From Octopus bimaculoides (lineage: Eukaryota), in NCBI RefSeq assembly GCF_001194135.2, contig NC_068984.1:131836833-131889523 (forward strand): DNA of 52,691 nucleotides, in the 5' to 3' direction. The notes beneath the pieces were generated by a model. That model had not been told where the DNA came from, searched no databases, and saw only the letters and a program-made list of their open reading frames with translations. Position numbers and translations under genes: made by a program. Position 1 is the first letter of the stretch. Every line of letters begins with the position of its first letter. This document shows positions 38,036 through 46,787 of the stretch, one piece after another.

Positions 38036-38619
38036 GAAGTTTATAAAATAAATCAAGCGCCAGCTTATTTCAGAATTTTCTCAAGGAACCCTCTTTGGAA
38101 AACACTGCCTTTCATTAATAAAAGAACCAGCCTGTATTGTGTGACAAACTCCACCATAATGTAATAATTTCTGTGAGGTGCAATATGAAACTAAACACCA
38201 TTGCTTTGGGGAGGATGCTGCACCATCACAGTTCTCCTTTTTTCATGTGTGAAGGCCTTAAATTTTGGTTATTAGAATGAAAAGGAACAATCGTTAAAAC
38301 TAAATGGCTTGGTTTATCTGCTTAATTTCATACAAACAGTTTTGTTTTGTAAGTGGATACTCTCCCAGAAGAGACTTATTTGCAAGTGATATATACTTTA
38401 AGATACTTTAAAAATAAGTATTGCAATGAGACATAAAATATGAATATGAACTACTAGTTTTCATAACTAAGCTTTATTACTAACTGCAGCTGGTGTGAAT
38501 ACGCTATAACTTGAATGATATTCTTGAGAGACTGGCACTTTAGCTTTAAAGGTATGCAAAATATATTTTACCGAATGTTTTTCTTTATTTTAAAGATCAT
38601 ATTTGTCTCTGTTTTCTTC

Positions 38620-39004
38620 TAAACATGGCTGTGTGGTTAAGAAGCTCACTTTGCAAGCCTGTAGTTTGGGGTTCAGCCTTACTGTACACCATGGTGAATT
38701 TGGTGGACTGAAACGTATGTGGAGGCCTGTTTTTGTGTATGTATGCATGCATATAGTGTATTGTAGATATGGGTGTGTCTTTGCATCTGCTTGTCCCCTG
38801 CTGTCACTTGACAACCAGTGTTGGTTTGTTTATGTCCCCACAACTAAGCAGTTTGGCAAAGAGACCAATAGAATAAGTATGAGACTTGAAAAAGAATTAA
38901 GTAGTGGGTTAGAGTTAGGGTTAGGTTCTATTTATTGGAACCCTTCAAGGCAGTGCCCCAGCATGGCTGCAGTCCAATGACCAGAAACAAGTAAACGATG
39001 AATA
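38620..39004 (+). mobile_element. SINE family A, near full length
   Basis: tggctgtgtggttaagaagct..acttgacaaccagtgttgg..gtgccccagcatggctgcagtccaatgaccagaaacaagtaaa. Confidence 0.85.
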
Positions 39005-41251
39005 AGCATTGTAATGTGTAAGATGGCGAAATAGCTGTTCTAATGGATTGGCATTTATAGTTGACAGCATACATTTTAAGAAATTATTGGGGGAATCAGA
39101 AAGCAGAACATTGTAGAATTGTATATAGATATAACTGATATTAAAATGTTTCTCATGATTTGTTTTTATAGTGAATTTGAACAATTTCTATTTATATTTA
39201 ACATAGATTGAACATGTTCACAAATTGAGTTACAGGCGAAAGTTGTTATCGGAGATAGTATACTTTAGCTTTATGGCTGGCTGATTTCTAGCTTCACGTT
39301 TGAGTGGTTCTTATTCTTGTCCTTCCAATTTTAGCAATGGTGTGTGTGTGTATGTGTGTGAAACAATATCGAAAAGTCTTTGTTGTGCTCAAAGAACAAA
39401 AATTGAACCTTCTTATATTGTGATCTATGTTGGTATTTCTAGAGTGAATTGGTGGCTATAAAGACATAACCTGTATAGTAGGATTATCTTCTGTTAAAAC
39501 ATAGTTATCATGACAGTTGTTGGATCCTCTCTAAATATACCAATTTTTAGGGAGTCTGACCCCTACCCTCTTTCTGCTTCTTACTATTTGCTTCTTATTA
39601 CACTAAGTAAAAACATTATTTAACATAATAGTTTTGCATCTTAAGATAAATTCAAACCAACTCTTGGTAAACCAAAGGCCATGCAAATGGATGAAAATAG
39701 AGCAATCTCATCTGTCCATTTTAAACAGCATTTTCCACAATATATAATTAGAAGCAAAGTTATCCCTTTACCACCTGCCCCACCCTCTTATCCATGTGGC
39801 TATTTTAAGCCAAGGTTTGCTACACTCAATAACCTTGATAGTTTTTTTTTTTTCTAACTATTAAACATTAAACCTGTTCTTTGAAAGAGAAATTGCTCTA
39901 TCAATGTGGTAAGTTGAATTAGCAGAAAAGATACTTATTTTCTGGAAGTGTATGTGTGTGTGTGTTTTCCATCCTCTTAGCCTTTTCATTTGGCCGAATA
40001 AAAGCTAATTCAAATTATTATTGGTTTATTGTTTTTTAATCAATTTTGGTTGAATGATTGATTGCCCTATCTGGAGTAATACTTCTCGTTCTGATTTTCA
40101 TTGAGCAAAATTTATGTAATTTGACTCAATACTTTTACTTACTATCTTAATAATCATATGCCTCTCTCTCTTACACACACAGATATATATATATATATAT
40201 ACATTAGTGATAACAATAATATTTTACTTGGTGATTAATTTCACTAGCTTGGTTATTACTGAATTACTGGCTAATTCTTAATGGCTTGCTCAGCTCATAA
40301 AAGCAAAATAAGTGCTCCATTCTACTTTGGTTGGAGAGAGAGAGAGAGAGAGTAGCACAGCAATTGAGAAGATGAAAGTAGAATATTAGAGTGAATTAAT
40401 GCAATGGCTTAGAGAATGTGTCACTTTTCTGATAGCTATTTTTGACTGCATAAGTACTGTTGGTGCATGCTAGATTAGTAATATCCCAGCATAAGTACAG
40501 TGTTCTTTCATTTGTAGTACTAAAGGATAAAGATAGCTTGTGCTTGTTTTCTACCCCTCTCCTACCTACTACATTCGTCAGCTAGATGGAAGGTAGAAAT
40601 TAGCTATGATAAGTGAACTGCTGGTTGTGTGTTGCTTTATACTAGTGTTCTATTGACATATGCAATGCTCGTTTCCTACCTTACTTTAAATTACAAGTTT
40701 TGTGCAGTTTCACATGGTTATATTTCTAAGTTCACTAAACTGCAACAAGACTGAAGGTAATTAAGCAGTTATTAAGTAGGAGAGTATATAAATTTGCTAT
40801 CTCTTCACATTTGATAATATAGAATTATTTAATTTTCTTTCTTTTTTTGTTTGTAATTAAAAAATTATTTAGTGAGATTACGTAGAATAGTTGTAAATTT
40901 TTTATTTATTGGAACATAATTTCAGAAATTCTTAAATAAAAGCAATGAAATTTTGCTTTGTTTTACATAATTTATTTTTTAATTTTATATAAACATTGTG
41001 ATGTGTAGTTTCAGATGGTTTGGTTATTTGGAGCTTGGAATGATTTTAGATGCAGATGATATCTAGAAGATTAATTTAACATTTTGTGCTGTTGTTAGTT
41101 ATAACTTTACATAGGTTTCCCTGTAAGCACTTACTTTTTCATTGTTGAGTGACAAAAACTTTGATCTGTTAAGCATTAGCTTTTCAAGTAAGCTATCACA
41201 GTAGACCATGTATTTGGTATTTTGACAAATTCATGCTATCACTTTGTATGC

Positions 41252-41478
41252 TTAATCTTTTAGCATTTAAACTAACCATATCTGGCCTAAATGTCTCACC
41301 TGTTTTATGTTCAGATTAGCCTGATCCAGCCTTTCACACCTACCCTGCAATGTAATTCTAAAAGTAAACAATTCCATCAGTAAAATCTCAAAGCAACAAG
41401 ATAATGCATGATTAATTCAAAAAATGTGAATAGATAAGCATTACATTTGACAAGGTAATCTGAATGCTACAGGGTTAA
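41252..41478 (+). mobile_element. piggyBac-type MITE M1, complete
   Basis: TTAAtcttttagcattta...tgaatgctacagggTTAA. Confidence 0.9.
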
Positions 41479-44014
41479 ACAAAATGCCTATCCTTCATTT
41501 GAGTTCATACTAGTTACCCAGTACTATTTCATTCATTATTTTGCTATGAAGATCACTAGCGCTAATGCTTTTATTTATGATCATAGTACCAATACTTGAT
41601 GGTAATTCACAATGCATTGGTAATGGATTGAAATATTCAAAACCATGAAAGGCAATGTAGATTGTACTTTCTTACTGGAATGAAATTGGCAAGAAATATT
41701 AAAAAAAAAAATTTTAAGAAACAAAAACAAACTGAAGGTCATATCCATAATTTCATAAAAGGTTCGTGTTGAGATCCTTGGAATATAGTAAGCTTGATAT
41801 TTTATAATGACTCGTGCTTATGCATATATGCTTTCGCTCTCTCTCTTTCTCTTTCTATCTCCCAAATACAATATCAAAAAATGTATCATGATAATTTGGT
41901 ATTTAGGAAATACTGATCAAGGTTGGGCTTTGGGCTAAAGATTGAGTTCAAATCTTTTAATTCACTTTTTTTTTTTAAAGTTTGCTTTTGCCATGCTGGA
42001 GCACTATGTTGTCTTTTGGAAATATATAGCTACTTCAGTACCAGCAACACATGCCTGATTCTTTTAATCACCATTAACATATGGAATTTGACTTATAGAG
42101 CAGTTGGACATCTGACATCCTAAAAATTATTCAAAATTACTGGAGCAATCTTAACTATAAAACTACAATCAAACTTATGCAATGATTTTCTCTTTGAGCT
42201 GAGTTTATGGCCCATTGTTAATTCATTGGTCTTGGAAATCATAAATGCATTGTTATTTTCCATTTTCTTCCTTCAACATTTCAATTCTTTTCATTCATTA
42301 TGAACCAAATCTCTACTGTATTAATACATAATAATTTGCCCTTTGGGCTCTGATATCTGTTAGAAAATGAAGCTACTGACATGATGCATGGCAGCAACTG
42401 AAAGTTATTTTTGTTAACACCCTCTCTTCTCTTCTTTGGTATTTAGGTTGTGGGACATTTTGGTGAGAGTTTTTAGCTAAGTGGCTTTAACTGCACCTCA
42501 ACAATTTCTTGCATTCTACTTATCTCATGTGAAATACTATATAGAGTGGGGTTTAAAGGTAGAAAGAATACTCAAAAATAAGGGTACATAAGGTTATGTT
42601 AATGATTAATGATCTTCATGAGCAGCATAGTTAACTTGTTTTTCCAAAATGTAGTTTGCTGTAGTAAACTTTCTACGTCCGAAATGAAAGCAATAACTTA
42701 AAATATCAACCAATAGAATTCAACATGGCTGTAGTCACTCCCAAACAAGTGCTCATGCATTTTCTAATATTAAGTCTTATTTGTATGTAAACTAAGTGAA
42801 ACAGCATATAATGTTTAAAAATAATTTACATAGCTCAGGCATTGCTGTGTGGTTAAAAAAAAACTCCCTTTGCAACCAGGCAGGTTTAGGTACAGTTCCA
42901 CTACACAGCAACTAGTAAAGTACATGTATAAAAATATGCAATACTCCAATAACGGGGTTATTAAAGAAATAAAAATTTTCAAATGCCATCACTGTGCTAG
43001 ACAATAGGAAGGATAAAGACTGCAAAATAGGCCTACCAAATGCCATAACTAGGAGAGTAGGTCTTGTATTTATTTTTTGTAGCTGCTCTTCTGTGGATAT
43101 ATTTCTTAGTTGATTGACAATATTATGTTTTAAATTTTCAAACAAAAGCATTAGAATTTATCAGCAGTCAAGTTTCTAATCTGGATGTTTTACAGTGACA
43201 CTAATGAATTAGACAAGGTTTCGGCTAACTTAATAGTATCTAATGGTGTCTTTGGATAATATTGGCTGAAATCTAAGTTTGTCAATTACATGATAATTAA
43301 ATAGTGCTGTTTAAAGTAAAGATGGAATTTAAATAGCTAACACTACTTTTTGTTTTAAAACCAGAACTACTGTTTTTCTTAAATAGGTTGTATTATCAAA
43401 TTTCATGGTCATTTATCTGGTGAATTTTATTTGTGGTATAACCATAAGCACCAAAGGGTAATAATTGCCTTCAGTGAACTACAAGCTTAGTAATTACAAG
43501 AATCAAATGAATATTGTCAAATTAGGTTTTAATATGTCATCTACCGCTCAGATTTGGATTATCAATCCTATGGCCCTTGTTTCATTTTGGATTCAATAGT
43601 TACTGGCTAATTAAGTTAGAAATTAGTTGTCAGTGCTAACCAGTGCTTACTTGAACTGTAGGTTCAGTAAGTCCAATGGATTTGATGTTTCCTAATTACA
43701 AGAAATGCACTGCTCCTACCTGGTCACCCAATTCTACTAGCTTGTAAAGTCATCAAGCTATGGCAAGTAACTAGTTGTTTATGAGTAGGTTTGTGATTCC
43801 AACTAACATTAGTACAATCAATAAAGAAAATAGCTTTCTCTGTGTAGTGGACAGCTTGACAAATCTGCACATACTGAGAGAGTATATAAATGAAATATAT
43901 GCTGCTAAATTTTCCCCCCAAGTATTGTTTGTATAAATAACATGAATACATAATGCCTTTAAATAAAAAGAAATGTTAAAGCTGTGTTGTGTTATGACAT
44001 GGCAGTTATATAGT

Positions 44015-44604
44015 TTAGTCCATTAGCTTTTAAACTGGCAATATCCAACCAAAATATTCTTCCTGCTTTATGTTCAAACTAGTCAGATCTGGCCCCTCAC
44101 ACCTACTCTATAATGTCATTCTAAAAATAAATGACCACATCATCAAACTCTTGAAGCTACAAGAAAATGCAGGATTAATTCAAAACAATATGAACTAGAG
44201 CACTCAGAGAGTGCAAACCTCCACCAAGGCCACACCAACGTCTTCTCAACGATTAGCTAGAGATGATTTTTAAAATGGGAATATCTGAAATAAACTCAAC
44301 TGCTCTCACAAATGAGAATACTAAAAATGAACCTGACTGCTTTCAAAAATTATTTGAAAAGAACAGGAAAAATAATCCAGAATCTTTGTCTGGTACCGAA
44401 TTGATCCCAAAATCTAATCAGCTCATGCCAGTTATGAGACCAAACATCCCTGAAAGTTTCATCCAAATCCATCCAACGGTTCTTGAGATATCTTATCCAC
44501 AAACAAACACAACTAAAAATAATGCCTCCGCCTTCACTAAGGCGAAGGTAATAAATAAGTATTATATATAAATAAATATTATAATCTGAATACTAAAGGG
44601 TTAA
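44015..44604 (+). mobile_element. piggyBac-type MITE M1 split by a 355-bp nested insertion
   Basis: M1 body runs to aacaatatgaa (44194) and resumes at aataaataag (44550), ending aatactaaagggTTAA. Confidence 0.8.
44195..44549. mobile_element. Helentron/HINE-like non-autonomous element
   Basis: Subterminal acctccaccaagg (44217-44229), terminal hairpin cctccgcctt-cact-aaggcgaagg (44525-44548), inserted at AA (TT) with no longer TSD. Confidence 0.55.
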
Positions 44605-44899
44605 GCATATATCTGTCCAGGCTACTTTAGAGCTTTTTCTAAATTTAGGGAATTTCAATTAACATCTTGTATAGCAGGCTGGATCTCTGTATTGAACTGC
44701 TTGTCAATTGATAGAATACAGCGCAACAACTATTTTGAAATAGTTACTGAGGTTTTATAGTTTTTGATTGCTGACTACACACTTAATCAGATGTTCAAAC
44801 ATCATTACTATGACCACATACATTATCACAGAAACTATAAAGAATACAAACTGCTAAAGTTAGACATTGATGCCAACTTGCACAGTACTAAAACTAAAG

Positions 44900-44993
44900 T
44901 CTGGTGCAGGCTTCTGCTTGGCCGGCTTTTGTGAAACTGTCCCTCCCATGGTAGCATGGAAGGCAGACGCTAAATGATGATGATAATGATGAT
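44900..44993 (+). mobile_element. Family C (RTE tail) fragment
   Basis: cccatggtagcatggaaggcagacgctaaatgatgatgataatgatgat. Confidence 0.75.
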
Positions 44994-45246
44994 AGTAGTA
45001 GTGTTTCAACATTTAGAGCTCAGGTTAATGTAGTGAGGAATGCTAAGAAAGTAAGATTAACCCTAGTTTATGATTCTTGCTTAGATCTGTGTTTAATGTT
45101 GCATGATTTGTCTTGATGGAAACGATAATTAGTAATCAACAATTCATTACTGGTGAGATAATTACCACCAAAGTGTTGTGCCATGTCATATCTGCAGAGA
45201 CCAAACTAAATCAATAATATTTTATAGTTTAAGAAATGTCAATGGT

Positions 45247-45293
45247 AGTTTCCCCCCATACTAGGGGAGTTTCCCCCCATACTAGGGGAGTTT
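45247..45293. repeat. Perfect 21-bp tandem duplication (2.2 copies)
   Basis: agtttccccccatactagggg x2 followed by agttt. Confidence 0.95.
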
Positions 45294-45799
45294 GTTTGAT
45301 GGGGGTGAGACAGGCGTTCTTTCAAGTATTAGCAATTTATTAAGGTTAGTGTCATTCAACTATGACCTCTTCCTTTTTACAAACAGGCCAGGAAAAAATT
45401 GACCATGGATCCAATGATGGACAAAGGAGCTTCTGTCTATCCTCTGTTTCACCACCATTCCTCCTTTGACTATAATAGACTTATTCCAACTTAAATGGGA
45501 ATTGCTTGGGTATTGTATATATAACCTAAAACTGAGTATCACAATTGTACTATTGTTCACTGACAAATATTGATAGGTACTTCTTGAAAGTGCTATAGAA
45601 TGAATAGGATGCTGGTCACAAAGAATATTCTCGGGACCTGGTATCTATTTCCAAACAACTGGATGAATTGTGGCAATGTACTTGTAGTAGATTTGAAGTC
45701 ACAACTTATCAGTTGGTTGAACAATACCTTACCCATTCAGCCTATCTTTGACTTGACTAAGATCAATCTGATATTACAAAGAGTTTATGTAATTTTGGC

Positions 45800-45903
45800 A
45801 CAAGGTCAGCAATTTCGAGTGAAGGGAAACCAGACAGTAAAGACATGAAATGTTGCTAAGCATTTTTGCCCAGTGTGTTAACAATTCTGCCAGCTCACTT
45901 CCT
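45800..45903 (-). mobile_element. SINE family B 5' head fragment
   Basis: gaaatgttgctaagcatttttgcccagtgtgttaacaattctgccagctcacttcctt (reverse tRNA-like head). Confidence 0.6.
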
Positions 45904-46654
45904 TAAGAGTATATATAATTTCGGTAAAAGGATTTGGAATCGGTGCATTTGATGTTGTGGGAAGTTGACAAATGTAATCATCTCAATTATGTTTCTTCAG
46001 AAACCAATCACACTAAAACATTGTTTTTATATTGTTCTTTACCATAGTAGTGTTATCGACAGAATTTAGTGCTGTTTCTTGTGATTACTTTATCATTGAA
46101 ATGGATGGTGTTGTAATATATTTGTGAGAAGTGCCAGGTTTTTTTTAAATATTTTAATTTGTTTAGTTCATGATATGGGAAGCTTCATAATCTGAGGTGG
46201 GAATAATCCTTCAGTTGAATAAGCTAATTTTAATAAGGTGTGTTGACTAAGAAGACCCTAGGTGTAGGTATAGGTTTTATAAAGATGTAGGAAAAATTTG
46301 TCTTATGATGATTGCAAATGTAAAGTTCTAAAGTTTCTAACCCCTAATAGTCATGGTAGAATGCCTATTGGCAAGCATATCAAACAAAGAGACTGGTGCC
46401 CTTTACCAGCTCATTGTTTTGTAGAAAGACTAATATAGTTTTTATCATTATCACCATCATGGGAAGATTTAGATCTACAAAAATGTGATGAAATGCAAGT
46501 GCTTCTAAGTGTAATATTTGCACCTGTAATAGAAACATTGAAAGGCAAAAACATTTACATTGATTTCATTATTAACGCTCTAAAATGAAAATATTTATGT
46601 ACAAATTATTGTTATTGTTATTATTATATGATGCATTGAAGTTGAAATTAATTT

Positions 46655-46685
46655 TCTTTTACGTTTTTTTTTCTATATTTTTCAG
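46655..46685 (+). promoter_or_regulatory. 3' splice acceptor of the coding exon
   Basis: Long T-rich tract ending tttttcag|aactg, 59 nt upstream of the ATG. All three frames after the AG are closed before the ATG, so exons joined here are 5' UTR. Confidence 0.7.
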
Positions 46686-46691
46686 AACTGA

Positions 46692-46787
46692 ATGGTTACT
46701 TATGATAATATTGTTCTTGTGACTAGGGGTCATCCTCCTGTGAAATGGATTTACCAGGTTCTAGTGCCTTTCACAAAAGTTTCCTGA
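46692..46787 (+). promoter_or_regulatory. Out-of-frame upstream ORF (31 aa, MVTYDNIVLVTRGHPPVKWIYQVLVPFTKVS) overlapping the main start codon
   Basis: ATG at 46692 and TGA at 46785-46787. A second short uORF (MIILFL*) lies at 46702-46722. The sequence is directly visible; regulatory function is unproven. Confidence 0.5.

Noticed and set aside
38906-38925. TTAGGG-like telomeric motifs
   Set aside because: Only about 3 imperfect units inside a SINE; too short to call an interstitial telomere.
44263-44571. 102-aa ORF
   Set aside because: It lies inside a non-autonomous nested element and has no recognisable domain.
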